DNA of 37,270 nucleotides from a virus: the IMG/VR virus record IMGVR_UViG_3300001865_000265; one strand, 5' to 3'. Shown one piece after another: positions 25,469 to 35,796 of this stretch. Numbering within the stretch: position 1 is the stretch's first letter; each line of letters opens with the position of its first letter. Made by a program: the position numbers and the translations under genes. Under the pieces are notes generated by a model. It worked only from the letters and a program-made list of their open reading frames with translations, did no database searches and was not told the DNA's origin.

Positions 25469-27538
25469 ATGGCTGATGATCAAAATATAGATGTCAATAT
25501 TAACACTATTGTAGACCGAGAATCACTCGATCAACTCAATGGAGACTTAACAGAGTTAGAAGATAAATCTGTTGATTTAGAAGTTGATCCTTCTGGACTT
25601 GATGACTTAAATCAAAGTGCTGATGATGCTAAAGAAAATGTTGACGAATTGGATGAAAGTCTTGACGGTGTAGATGGGGGGGGAGCAAGTGAGGCCTCAA
25701 ATGATATTAATCAAGTTGGAAATAGTGCAAATGATGCCACATCATCTGTAAGTGATTTAACTAGCGTACTTGGATTAATTGCTGGAGCCATAGCTGTCGG
25801 GGGTGTAGTTGCAGGTATAGATTCTATTGCAGGTAGTGCAGCTTCTGTTAATGATGAAATGGATGCTATGCGAATTAACTTTGATTTAGATCCCTCTGGA
25901 ATTTCTGCAGCTACTGCTGATATTGGTACATTAAATAATGAAACTGGTGTGGCTAAAGGAAGTATAAGAGGTCTTGACAATGCTATGGGGATGGCGGGAG
26001 TTTCTAATGTTAAACTTGCAGATGGAGTTATACAAACAGCCGCTCAACTATCATACTTAAAAACTGGTGGAAATGATGCAACAGAAACCCTTGCTTCTAT
26101 GTTTACCAAAAGCATTACAAGTGGAAAAATGGCTGAAAAAGCCTATGCAAGTAATGGGGTATCATTAGATCAGATGGCTGCAAGGGCCGGTATGACCAAG
26201 GATCAGATGACAGATCTATTTGCAACTATGACTCCAGATGAACGTGCAAGCTTTTTATCAAAATATGCTATTGATGCAGGTAAAGCAGAAGAAGCTAATG
26301 AAGGATTAAAAGAAAGTTATGATGTATTGAAAGATAAATTTGACCAAAAAATAGGTGCACTTGGAACTGCTTTTGGTCAAATGGTTCTTCCAATTCTTAT
26401 ACCGGCTATTGGTATAGCAATTAGTGCTTTAACAGGATTGGCAGGAGTTATCAATAGTTTACCAGACTGGGCTAAAACTGCCATAGGTGCAGGGATTCTT
26501 GCAGTTGCTTTACTTGCAATTGGAACTGTACTTTGGACCACTGTGATTCCTGCAGCATCGGCTGCACTAATTGGATTCTTAAATATGATCCCATCAATGT
26601 TAGGTGTTGCAGGTGCAGCAGTTCCCACTACCATGGGAATGGCAGGAGTTAGTGCAGCATTTTGGAGTGCTGCTGCAGCTATATGGGCAGCTATTGCTCC
26701 ATTACTTCCGTTTATTGCAGCTGCTTTAGCAATTGCTGCTGTAGTTTATCTGGTTGGTCAATATTTTGGATGGTGGAAAGATATTCCTTCAATGATGCAA
26801 GCCATCCAGGCCGGAGTAATGAGACTTTGGGAAGCATTTATTAATAATGCTCAGGTTCAAGCTGTGATTGAATGGCTTAAAGCAGCATGGCAAGGAGTAT
26901 TAGATTTCTTACAACCTATCTTTTCAGTTATTACTCAGTTATGGAATGCTATTTTTCCTCCACAAACTGGAGGATTTGATATTGTAAATAGTATTATAAT
27001 GTTGTTTGGTTGGTTAGGGAACAGTATTGCATCTCTAATTGCATTTATACAATCAATGTGGCCTTTGGTAACAGTTGCCCTTGCACCTGTTCTTGTACCA
27101 CTCAGGGCAGTTATTAGTGTACTACAATTGATTTACAGTAATTTTGGTACTGTTGTCAGATGGTTCCAAAGTGGAGCTGCCCAGGTCAGGGGATTTATTG
27201 ATGGATTAAAAGCAGCCTGGAATAGTTTTGCAACTAGTGTAACAAGTGCTTATAACACATATATTGCTCCGATTATTTCTGCTATGCAGTCAGGGGTTAA
27301 AACTGCTCAGGATATATGGAATGCTATAACCAATGGTGGAGCTGGTGGAGCTGGTGGAAGTGCATCAGGAGGTTCAGCTGCAGGTGGACTAACTACTGAT
27401 ATCGTTCAGAAAATTGATTATCCTAATCAGAATTATTATGAGATTAATCTGAATGGCTTAGTAACTGAACAAAGTGTAATTGATTATTTATTGGAGTTAA
27501 TCAAGAAAGGCAATGAGCAAGATGATATGAGGACCTGA
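25469..27538 (+). CDS. Tape measure protein
   Basis: 689 aa Ala/Gly-rich with hydrophobic W-repeat C-half; after the chaperones. Confidence 0.9.
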   Translation: MADDQNIDVNINTIVDRESLDQLNGDLTELEDKSVDLEVDPSGLDDLNQSADDAKENVDELDESLDGVDGGGASEASNDINQVGNSANDATSSVSDLTSVLGLIAGAIAVGGVVAGIDSIAGSAASVNDEMDAMRINFDLDPSGISAATADIGTLNNETGVAKGSIRGLDNAMGMAGVSNVKLADGVIQTAAQLSYLKTGGNDATETLASMFTKSITSGKMAEKAYASNGVSLDQMAARAGMTKDQMTDLFATMTPDERASFLSKYAIDAGKAEEANEGLKESYDVLKDKFDQKIGALGTAFGQMVLPILIPAIGIAISALTGLAGVINSLPDWAKTAIGAGILAVALLAIGTVLWTTVIPAASAALIGFLNMIPSMLGVAGAAVPTTMGMAGVSAAFWSAAAAIWAAIAPLLPFIAAALAIAAVVYLVGQYFGWWKDIPSMMQAIQAGVMRLWEAFINNAQVQAVIEWLKAAWQGVLDFLQPIFSVITQLWNAIFPPQTGGFDIVNSIIMLFGWLGNSIASLIAFIQSMWPLVTVALAPVLVPLRAVISVLQLIYSNFGTVVRWFQSGAAQVRGFIDGLKAAWNSFATSVTSAYNTYIAPIISAMQSGVKTAQDIWNAITNGGAGGAGGSASGGSAAGGLTTDIVQKIDYPNQNYYEINLNGLVTEQSVIDYLLELIKKGNEQDDMRT

Positions 27539-27542
27539 AACT

Positions 27543-28322
27543 ATGAAGCTTGAATCAAATAATCCAGGACATGAAGTATACATTGATGGCTTCCCACTGC
27601 TTGGAGATTTCATACCTTATAACACTGGTGTAGATAGGGACAGTACTATTAATCAGGTAACAGCTGAATTAACGTCAGGTAAGAGTTATACTAAATATTT
27701 GAATGAGTTAAGTGAAAATTTATCTTTTAAAACAGTTCTTCCTGATGCCATAGCTGAATCAGGTTATGAAAATGTTTTAAAGAGTGTTGTTGCTAAAGCT
27801 AAGAAAACACCTGTGAAAATAAGATTTAATGGAACTTCTTTCATGGGAATGGTTCAGGAATTTAGTATATCATTTCCAACTGAGTCTTATAGGGAGTATA
27901 AATGGGTTATTGTTGAAAGTGATAATTTTAAGGCTGTTATTAAAAAATTTAATACATTTAATTATAAAAAAGCTGCAACAACAACAAAAAATACACCTGC
28001 TAGTTCTCTTATGGCAACTCTTAAAATGTTATTGGATTGTAAGCCTGTGTATAATTGTAGTAAAAAGAATGTTGCATGTGTTAAAGCATGGCAAAAGCAA
28101 TTAAAGACTGATGGTTATTATTTAGGATATTCTGTTGATGGTCAATTTTGTAAGTACACTCTGAAAGAAACTAAAAGATGGCAGGCTCATTATAAGGTTA
28201 AAGTTACTGGTAAAGTAGATAAAGCCACTAAAATGGCATTACTCACTAGATATGTGAATAAAAGTACATATAATGCTGCATATCGTAAGACAATTTTACA
28301 AGCGTATTCTAACAAATTATAA
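27543..28322 (+). CDS. Tail tube initiator-like protein with C-terminal PG_binding_1-like domain
   Basis: VKAWQKQLKTDGYYLGYSVDGQFCKYTLKETKRWQAHYKVKVTGKVDKAT; follows the tape measure gene. Confidence 0.7.
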   Translation: MKLESNNPGHEVYIDGFPLLGDFIPYNTGVDRDSTINQVTAELTSGKSYTKYLNELSENLSFKTVLPDAIAESGYENVLKSVVAKAKKTPVKIRFNGTSFMGMVQEFSISFPTESYREYKWVIVESDNFKAVIKKFNTFNYKKAATTTKNTPASSLMATLKMLLDCKPVYNCSKKNVACVKAWQKQLKTDGYYLGYSVDGQFCKYTLKETKRWQAHYKVKVTGKVDKATKMALLTRYVNKSTYNAAYRKTILQAYSNKL

Positions 28323-28338
28323 GGGGCCGTGTTAATCT

Positions 28339-29037
28339 TTGACTGTCAATTTGTATTATAACAAAGCTAAAAATAATAATTTCACATCTGCCCCTATTTT
28401 TTCAGATTGGAAATATAAAAGCGAACCTAATAAAGCAGGTCTATTAACATATAAAAGTCCTAGTTCATTTATAGCAGGGGATCATCTGAAATTGGTTGTT
28501 GATAATGAAGCAATCTTTGGAGGACAGGTTATAAAGCGAACTGATAAAAAAAATGATTTCTATAGTTATGAAGCCCTTGACTACAAACATTATCTTTTAA
28601 AAGAAGTTACGATTGATAAAAGAAATATTAGTGCTAGTAGTCTTCTTAAATTACTTTCAAAGAAGACTAGTGTTCTTAAATGGAAGATCGGAAATACAAA
28701 AAAGAAATATATTCGGTTAGCATTTAAAAATACAACTATTTTGAGTATTATAAATCAGTTGATATGGCTTGAATATAAACAAGCACATAATCTTATCTTT
28801 TTTAATGTAGATTACAATGCAACATTAACGTTTAAACCATATCCACAAACAATGGCAGGTTACATATTTACTTCAGCACTTGATTACAGTACAAGCCTGG
28901 ACTATAACGATGTAAGAACAGGATATGAATTAGTTGATAGTACAGGTAAAGTTCTTTATCAAGCTAACAGCAAAACCCTACAAGCAATTTGGGGAGACAT
29001 AAGAATTCAGGAGGTATTTGATGAGGATAGCTCCTAA
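28339..29037 (+). CDS. Baseplate hub (XkdQ/gp27-like), N-terminal part
   Basis: IFGGQVIKR...YEALDYKHYL...TILSIINQL pattern; short for a full hub. Confidence 0.65.
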   Translation: MTVNLYYNKAKNNNFTSAPIFSDWKYKSEPNKAGLLTYKSPSSFIAGDHLKLVVDNEAIFGGQVIKRTDKKNDFYSYEALDYKHYLLKEVTIDKRNISASSLLKLLSKKTSVLKWKIGNTKKKYIRLAFKNTTILSIINQLIWLEYKQAHNLIFFNVDYNATLTFKPYPQTMAGYIFTSALDYSTSLDYNDVRTGYELVDSTGKVLYQANSKTLQAIWGDIRIQEVFDEDSS

Positions 29038-30076
29038 TGAAGAAATAGACCAAATTGTCAATAGTATAAATGAATCATTACAGGTTTATTCAAGTGATGA
29101 TACTACTGTTGAAGAGTTAAGCCAACTAATTTTTACTAAACTCACTGGAAATGGTGTTAGTGCTCGAATAATTCAGTACACATTCAATGGTAAATCATTT
29201 CAGAGTGTTCAATATTATAAACAGAAGACCTGGTATAATTTTGATTATTCAGGGTTAGACATGTTCTTCCAACCCATTTATAGTCGAACATTGGATCCTC
29301 AAAATATTGTGAAAGAAGAAATGGTTGATGTTCAATATGCCATACCTGATACATCTGATGAGGATGAGGGTGAAGACGTTGATGTTACCCAGGAACAGAT
29401 TAATACCGGAGTTACTAATTGGATTTCAAATCATCTATCTAATTTTACCTCAATAATAACTACTGCCGTAAATAATTATCTTGCAGCACATACCGCAGAT
29501 TTTAAAGGAGAAAAAGGTAATGATGGGGCAACTGGTGCAACAGGTCCCCAAGGTCCAGGATTTACAAGTGGAACATATCAGATTAAAAAATTGATTGAAA
29601 AGAAAACTCTTAATAATGTTGCTACAGCTTCTTTTTCTAATTTAGATGGGGACACTGATGAAATATATGTTATTTTTGCAGATGTGAATTTGCAGTATTT
29701 GTCTGGAGATACTCAATTAATGTTAGTTCCAAATTCATCAAATTCTAATATGGGAGGATTAGAATACTGTTTTTATGATAACGCTGGACGTGGATATATA
29801 AATCAAACTGTACTTCAATTATGTCGAACCCACAACTCAGAATCTATAAGAGCAATTGTTGATACTGCTGTATTTTATGCCAAATCTGGAAAAAAAAGGT
29901 TATTCAAGTCCAAATGGATAGGAAAAACAGCTAATTATTTTATATCTGCTGATGAAATAGAATTTTGGGCTAATACTGCTGATAATGTTACTCGTATAGA
30001 TATAAGTACAAACAATAATACAACTTTTTCAGGTACAATTAAACTTTATAAATTAGTTGATATGGTTGTTTCTTAA
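29021..30076 (+). CDS. Collagen-repeat tail/baseplate fibre protein
   Basis: GEKGNDGATGATGPQGPG G-x-x repeats; beta-rich C-terminal domain. Confidence 0.7.
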   Translation: MRIAPNEEIDQIVNSINESLQVYSSDDTTVEELSQLIFTKLTGNGVSARIIQYTFNGKSFQSVQYYKQKTWYNFDYSGLDMFFQPIYSRTLDPQNIVKEEMVDVQYAIPDTSDEDEGEDVDVTQEQINTGVTNWISNHLSNFTSIITTAVNNYLAAHTADFKGEKGNDGATGATGPQGPGFTSGTYQIKKLIEKKTLNNVATASFSNLDGDTDEIYVIFADVNLQYLSGDTQLMLVPNSSNSNMGGLEYCFYDNAGRGYINQTVLQLCRTHNSESIRAIVDTAVFYAKSGKKRLFKSKWIGKTANYFISADEIEFWANTADNVTRIDISTNNNTTFSGTIKLYKLVDMVVS

Positions 30077-30140
30077 ATTTTTAATTCTATTTTTTTTGAT
30101 TTCATTTTATTTTTAAATTAACTTGTAAGGAGAGCATCTC

Positions 30141-31202
30141 ATGGCAAGTATAGTATCATATAAAGGATATAGGGTTTTAACTGGAGTAAACTGGGTATAT
30201 GATAAAACCACACTCACTGTAACCATGTATCCTTCAAGACAATATCCTAAAAGTTTGGCATATAAACTCTATAAAAAAGTATGGAAAAATAAATGTCCAA
30301 ACTGTCATAAAGAAGGAGTACTAAGGGCAATTGGTGCAAAAGGAAGAAAAACAGCAGTTGAAGGGGAAATAAATTGTACTGCTTGTGACACTGACATTGA
30401 TGGTGTTCAAGGATATGTGAAATTAAATGGTTCGACTAAACATTTAGAAGCCGGTTCTAGTTCTTCTAAATCTACAACATCTAGTACATTATCTAATTTA
30501 AAAGATAAGGAAAAAAAAGCATTGAAAACTCTTCAGACAGAATATGATACTGCTAAGGCTCCTAAAAAAGATATGACTCTTAAAATTCCTCCATTACCCC
30601 ATATTAAGGACGGATATTGTCATCAATTAAGTAAACCTCTGGTTTCTAAAAGCACGATTGTTTTTGTTGAAAGTGTGGAAATAACTCAGGACCTTATAAC
30701 AATGAAGGTAAATGATACATTAGAACCTCCTGGAGAGGAATATACACCTCCTTCTAGTACAACTAAAACCAGTACTACTTCTAATTCAAATACAGCTGTA
30801 AATTACACAGCCGGAAGTGATATTGAAAAAAAGATAATGGCAATTGGGAACAGCTTAAAAAAGAGTACGGACTCTTCAAGCATTAATGCAATCTATAAGT
30901 ATCTTGAATGTCACGGTACTGGAGGTTTTCATTATAGTTATTATTGGGACTGGCCTGGAGGAACCATAAATAAATTAAATACTTCCGTATTATCTAAACG
31001 ATGGAATATAAAGAGTGGAAACTGTGTATTTTTTGCATGGGCTTTTTATGTGATGTGTAAAGGTGCAGGTATAGCCGGAGTTAAAGTTATTCACAATAGT
31101 GCTGGTCATTTGTACAACAAATACAATGGGAAAAAATATGATTGTACTCATGCAGGTAGCAGATGGTTTGCAGGATCAGAGAGGGTAATAACAACAAGTT
31201 AA
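30141..31202 (+). CDS. Baseplate protein with Zn ribbon and C-terminal transglutaminase-like (Cys-His-Asp) hydrolase domain
   Basis: CPNC/CTAC; GNCVFFAWAFYVMCKGAGI...GHLYNKYNGKKYDCT. Confidence 0.7.
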   Translation: MASIVSYKGYRVLTGVNWVYDKTTLTVTMYPSRQYPKSLAYKLYKKVWKNKCPNCHKEGVLRAIGAKGRKTAVEGEINCTACDTDIDGVQGYVKLNGSTKHLEAGSSSSKSTTSSTLSNLKDKEKKALKTLQTEYDTAKAPKKDMTLKIPPLPHIKDGYCHQLSKPLVSKSTIVFVESVEITQDLITMKVNDTLEPPGEEYTPPSSTTKTSTTSNSNTAVNYTAGSDIEKKIMAIGNSLKKSTDSSSINAIYKYLECHGTGGFHYSYYWDWPGGTINKLNTSVLSKRWNIKSGNCVFFAWAFYVMCKGAGIAGVKVIHNSAGHLYNKYNGKKYDCTHAGSRWFAGSERVITTS

Positions 31203-31215
31203 TGGGGTTTAAACA

Positions 31216-31578
31216 ATGGACTATGGAACTGATTTTGATAGTACAGGAAAACTAGATAGTAAAGGGCAGGTGGCTCTTGTTTCTGGTACTGATAATGTTA
31301 AACAAGCAATAAAAAACCGATTAGCTACTGAGCTTGATGTGTATATTGAATATTGTGATGACTACGGAACAACATTACGTGATATGTTCAAAGAAGGTTT
31401 AACCGATAATTCTATTGAATGGATTAAAACGGAAATCCAGATGAATGTTTTAAAAGAATCTAGGGTTGCTAGTTGTGATGTAGAATATATTGGAGGACAT
31501 GGATTTAAATATACTTTCAGGTTGATTGATGATGATACCGAATACACTGAAGAGGTGAATGTTGAAGATGCCGATTGA
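31216..31578 (+). CDS. Baseplate wedge/sheath initiator (gp25/XkdS-like)
   Basis: GTDNVKQAIKNRLATE...DYGTTL...ESRVASCDV. Confidence 0.8.
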   Translation: MDYGTDFDSTGKLDSKGQVALVSGTDNVKQAIKNRLATELDVYIEYCDDYGTTLRDMFKEGLTDNSIEWIKTEIQMNVLKESRVASCDVEYIGGHGFKYTFRLIDDDTEYTEEVNVEDAD

Positions 31579-32662
31579 AGAACAAAGCTTTACAGACATT
31601 AATGGTGCTGAAAACCTTTTATCTGAAGAGATGGATGCCATAAAAGAATGGATTGTAAGTCAGGAATATGATGGTTTAAACACTGTTACTGATTTTACAG
31701 AAGGAGCAATGAATTATTTCTTACTCTGTTATGCTGCAACATCTAAATTTGACCTTAAATCATTTGCAGATGAATTGATAAGATTAGCATTTATTAACAG
31801 TTCCAAAGGGAATTTCTTAGAACGATTATGTGCTAGAAATGGAGTATTCCGAATTGATGGGACTTATGCTACAACCATGGAAAAAATAACTATTCCGGAG
31901 GCATTATCTTTTGATGTTAAAATTGATGCAGGAACAGAGGTTGGAACTGATGAAGCTATTTTATATTCATTTATAAATGATACTATAATTCCAGCAGGAG
32001 AAACAAGTGTTTACAGTCAGATTCAATGTTCTGAATCTGGGTTAGTTGGTAATGTTAAAGCAGGAACTATTATCAATGTATTTTCAGAGTTAAATCTGGA
32101 ATTAACTGTTACTAATGAGGATGATGTAACAGATGGGAAAGATGCTGAAAGTGAGGATTCATTACGTGAACGTGGAAGTATTCCCGGTGTAGGTACAGAT
32201 CTATGGATTGAAAATATTGCTAAGACAGTGGTTAGTGATGCTTTGTGTCTTAATTTGGAACAATCCCTTAAATTGTTAGTCTTCAAACCTACACCAAATG
32301 TGGTTAAACAGGATTTAGAGGATTTGTTTCAACAGAAAATGTATCGTACAAGAAATAATATCATCATACAAGAAGCTACTTCATTTAACGTTATAGATGA
32401 AACCAAATCCATAACATTAGTTATAAAGGATGGTTATGTTCCTGACACTGTAATGAATGTAATTAAGAACCGTATAACCAGTTATGTTAATAATTTAACT
32501 GTAGGTGGAGTATTTAAAGAGATGTGTATTAAATACTTATGTGAATCCACTGAAGGAGTACTATATGCTAATCTAGTTAATTTTGAGGATATTGATTTAA
32601 CAAATGAACAATATGCAACCATAGATGGTGAATTACAAATAGTTAATGGTGTTGCAACATGA
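31559..32662 (+). CDS. Baseplate J-like protein
   Basis: SKGNFLERLCARNGVFR...CSESGLVGNVKAGTI...DGKDAESEDSLRER. Confidence 0.9.
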   Translation: MLKMPIEEQSFTDINGAENLLSEEMDAIKEWIVSQEYDGLNTVTDFTEGAMNYFLLCYAATSKFDLKSFADELIRLAFINSSKGNFLERLCARNGVFRIDGTYATTMEKITIPEALSFDVKIDAGTEVGTDEAILYSFINDTIIPAGETSVYSQIQCSESGLVGNVKAGTIINVFSELNLELTVTNEDDVTDGKDAESEDSLRERGSIPGVGTDLWIENIAKTVVSDALCLNLEQSLKLLVFKPTPNVVKQDLEDLFQQKMYRTRNNIIIQEATSFNVIDETKSITLVIKDGYVPDTVMNVIKNRITSYVNNLTVGGVFKEMCIKYLCESTEGVLYANLVNFEDIDLTNEQYATIDGELQIVNGVAT

Positions 32663-33267
32663 GTTATGGAGATAATCCCCTTGATACAAGTTTATTTTAT
32701 GGGGATCTACTGGTTGATTTTTTTGACCAGGATAATAATATGGTTAATCCTCCTTCTGATTCTGGTTTCTTCTTATACAATCTTTTTGGACGTGCATTTG
32801 ATGATGCCCAGGAAATTATCAATGAAATGTTATTAAACTTGGATCCTGTAACCTGCAAATTACCCTACCTTAATATCATTGCCATGGAGTTCAAGTTAAA
32901 AAGAGATCCATCCTGGAGTGATGATAAATGGAGAGCAGCTGTAATAAGCTATTATTATAATTTAGAAACCATTGCAGGGATTGAATTTGTTTTAAATTTA
33001 ATTAATGAATATTACAATAAATCAGAGGATGAAGAGACAGAACTTGAAAGAATCCTTGTTGATGGATTTTATGGAGGATTTTATCTTTCAGATAAATATG
33101 ATGCCTTCAGTCGTTGCAGTGACAAATTCGATGAGTTAGACTGTGTCAGCAACTATGATGAAGGAACTTTTAATATTGATTTTCAAAACAATCCAAGCAA
33201 TGGAATTATAGAAGAATTAATTCTTATAATTGAAAATGGACTTAGTCATAGTCAACAATCGGGGTAA
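32659..33267 (+). CDS. Baseplate wedge protein (P2 gpI-like)
   Basis: After J; LDPVTCKLPYLNIIAMEFKLKR...SDDKWRAAV. Confidence 0.7.
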   Translation: MSYGDNPLDTSLFYGDLLVDFFDQDNNMVNPPSDSGFFLYNLFGRAFDDAQEIINEMLLNLDPVTCKLPYLNIIAMEFKLKRDPSWSDDKWRAAVISYYYNLETIAGIEFVLNLINEYYNKSEDEETELERILVDGFYGGFYLSDKYDAFSRCSDKFDELDCVSNYDEGTFNIDFQNNPSNGIIEELILIIENGLSHSQQSG

Positions 33268-33273
33268 ATAAGT

Positions 33274-33507
33274 ATGTCAATTGATATTGAAAAATTTAAA
33301 GAATCTATCTTGGCTTCTAGTGAAGTTGACATTGATTTCACAGAATTAATCCAGAATATTCAAATTAACTCTGATGGCAATATTGAAAGCCATGGAACTA
33401 ATTTAGAAGTGATCATGTCTCCTGATTATGAAATACTTGTTATGGCTGGAGGGGTAAGCGCCCAAGCTAGTGAATTGATTATGAATAGCTCTAATGGATG
33501 TGATTAG
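33274..33507 (+). CDS. Hypothetical protein (77 aa)
   Basis: ORF in operon. Confidence 0.55.
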   Translation: MSIDIEKFKESILASSEVDIDFTELIQNIQINSDGNIESHGTNLEVIMSPDYEILVMAGGVSAQASELIMNSSNGCD

Positions 33508-34696
33508 GATGGTAAACAATGATTATGTAGATGAAGATCCTTTTGTATTGAAAGGTGAAGGACTCCCTGTTGAATCAATAAATAATTTCCTCTTGATGGG
33601 GGGTCTTTTAGAGGGTGAAATTGATATAAAAGTTCCTGACAGATTTTCTAATCAAATTTGGAGTAATGTTGAAGCCCAACAAAAAGCTCGTTTCTGTAAA
33701 TTTACTCTTCAAAATATGAGTGGAATTAACAGTGGAGGAACATTACAATTTAATAATGGTCAGGGCTGTATTATTAAATCTGAAATTTTCATACAAATGT
33801 TAGATCAAGTTGAAAAGTTACAATTTGATGGTACAACCTTGGAAGGATTGACTGTTAATGTATTGAAAAATTATCCTGTTGTTACTGCAGATGATATTTT
33901 AATTCAAAATTTGGATTTAAGCGAACCAGTTGTTAATTTACTGCATAGTAACTTAATTAATGATTCATTTTATTTTGAACTGATATCTGATAGGGATGAT
34001 GTTATACTTGAAAGTATAACTTTGACAGTTAAAACAAAAAAACTCGATGGTATTGGAGATTTCGGAATTAATCGTGCAGCCCTTGAAGGTGGAGACTTAT
34101 TCCCACTTCATGAAACAGATTTAGACAGTGATTTACAAACCAAGGTAAATATTGGAGGATCTGGAACAACTGTTAATCCTTACCCAGTAGGATCCATTTA
34201 CTTGAGTGTTAATAATACAAATCCTGCAACATTATTCGGTGGAACATGGGAACAACTAAAAAATCAATTCTTACTTGCTGCTGATGACGCAACAAATGGT
34301 GCACATGGTGGAGACACTGGTGGAGAAAAGGAACATACACTTAGTATAAATGAAATGCCTATACATAAGCACGATGTAGATTCAGCAACACAACCTGCAA
34401 CTAACACAGCAAATACAAGTCCAGGTACAAGTTCAAATGGTTCACATACACATGACATGCCTTATGGTGCTAAAAGAACTAATGGTCCTGACGATGTAGG
34501 ATATGGTGTAAATCCTGCAGGATATTGGGGCAATGTTATTCCTGCTTCAGGAGCACATGCACATACTGTGAATGCTCATGCTCACCAAGTCCCTGCTCAC
34601 GATCATGCAATTCTTGAGCAGAATAAAGGGGCAGATGAATCACATAACAACATGCCACCATATTTAGCAGTTTATATGTGGAAGAGAACTGGATAA
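33494..34696 (+). CDS. Tail fibre/baseplate protein with T4 gp10/gp12-like C-terminal collar and HxH repeats
   Basis: YPVGSIYLSVNNTNPATLFGGTWEQL...GGEKEHTLSINEMPIHKH...HNNMPPYLAVYMWKRTG. Confidence 0.8.
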   Translation: MDVIRMVNNDYVDEDPFVLKGEGLPVESINNFLLMGGLLEGEIDIKVPDRFSNQIWSNVEAQQKARFCKFTLQNMSGINSGGTLQFNNGQGCIIKSEIFIQMLDQVEKLQFDGTTLEGLTVNVLKNYPVVTADDILIQNLDLSEPVVNLLHSNLINDSFYFELISDRDDVILESITLTVKTKKLDGIGDFGINRAALEGGDLFPLHETDLDSDLQTKVNIGGSGTTVNPYPVGSIYLSVNNTNPATLFGGTWEQLKNQFLLAADDATNGAHGGDTGGEKEHTLSINEMPIHKHDVDSATQPATNTANTSPGTSSNGSHTHDMPYGAKRTNGPDDVGYGVNPAGYWGNVIPASGAHAHTVNAHAHQVPAHDHAILEQNKGADESHNNMPPYLAVYMWKRTG

Positions 34697-34718
34697 AAAT
34701 TAGCTTTTTTTGAATATT

Positions 34719-34928
34719 GTGAGGATGTTCCTCTAGAAAAGAAGAATTTATAAACATTTTAGGGGGGTTATAAAGTAGTCTTTCGAAGAGATTGGAACAT
34801 CCTCATCAATTGTTAATTGAACCAGTATAAATCACTTATTAAATTTTTTTGGGGGTGAGGATGTTCCTTTAAAATAAGATGAAATAATTTTTTTAAGGAG
34901 TGACTTGCAAACCACTCGGAACATCCTC
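34719..34928. repeat. Four copies of GAGGATGTTCC arranged as two inverted pairs
   Basis: 34721(+), 34794(-), 34857(+), 34918(-). Confidence 0.85.
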
Positions 34929-35094
34929 TAAATTTACTATTGTTTTTTAATTATAAATACTATTTGTTACTAAAATATTTCCTTTTTTAAATTCATTTAG
35001 TGAACACTATGGAGGCATAAAAAACCATGAGATAACTAAAAACAGTCGAAAAATTGCAATTTAAACATTTAAATAAATTAGCGGAGGCGTAATA

Positions 35095-35796
35095 ATGGCA
35101 CAGAGGAATGTAGGAGGCTTAACAGCAAAGTTAAGTCCTTCGGTATATAAATTCATGAAAAATCAGTATGATACTGATAAAACAGCAACAAAAATATTCT
35201 TGAGTTCTAAAAAGCAGGATTATGTAATGCGTAGTAAATTTGAGGAAATTGAAGGTAGATGGGATGCTTTTGTAAAGAAGAATGGTAGAGATCCAATTTT
35301 TATTTATATCACCACACCAGTGACAAACAAATCAGCATATCACTTAAAAGTAGAATCTTATCTAGGATTTGCTTATTCAACTGCAATGGGATTATTTAAT
35401 GGTCTTGCTAATTTTGGATATTTACTTTACGACGACGATAGATATCCTGAATGGGTGGCATGGGAACGCTTAAAAAAACATTTAGGACTTAACTGTTCTG
35501 ATGTATGCCAATGCATGTATAAAGCTTTGATAGATCTTGGCTATGAAGTAATGTTCGGACACTTAAAATGTCAGAAAGGAGGCCATATTGTACTTCTAGT
35601 AAGGGGCCTAGATATGTTAGAACATGGATTCCCTACCATAACGGTTAATGGTAAAAAATGGGTTGTTCTAGACTTTGCTAAAAAAATTGATAAAAACAGT
35701 AGCATAGCAGTTCCTGGAGAATATTGGTGTCAAAGTACAGGATACTTTATCAGTTTTAATGACAGCTGGTTAATGTCAGACGATGGGAGAACCTAA
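35095..35796 (+). CDS. pei: Pseudomurein endoisopeptidase (PeiW/PeiP-like endolysin)
   Basis: Pseudomurein-binding-repeat-like RWDAFVKKNGRDPIFIYI; GLNCSDVCQ (Cys), GGHIVL (His), VLDF (Asp). Confidence 0.85.
   Translation: MAQRNVGGLTAKLSPSVYKFMKNQYDTDKTATKIFLSSKKQDYVMRSKFEEIEGRWDAFVKKNGRDPIFIYITTPVTNKSAYHLKVESYLGFAYSTAMGLFNGLANFGYLLYDDDRYPEWVAWERLKKHLGLNCSDVCQCMYKALIDLGYEVMFGHLKCQKGGHIVLLVRGLDMLEHGFPTITVNGKKWVVLDFAKKIDKNSSIAVPGEYWCQSTGYFISFNDSWLMSDDGRT

Noticed and set aside
25676-25683. G8 tract as phase-variation site
   Set aside because: Encodes Gly codons in an essential tape measure gene
33494-35095. Diversity-generating retroelement or fibre shufflon
   Set aside because: No reverse transcriptase, template repeat or alternative fibre cassettes seen
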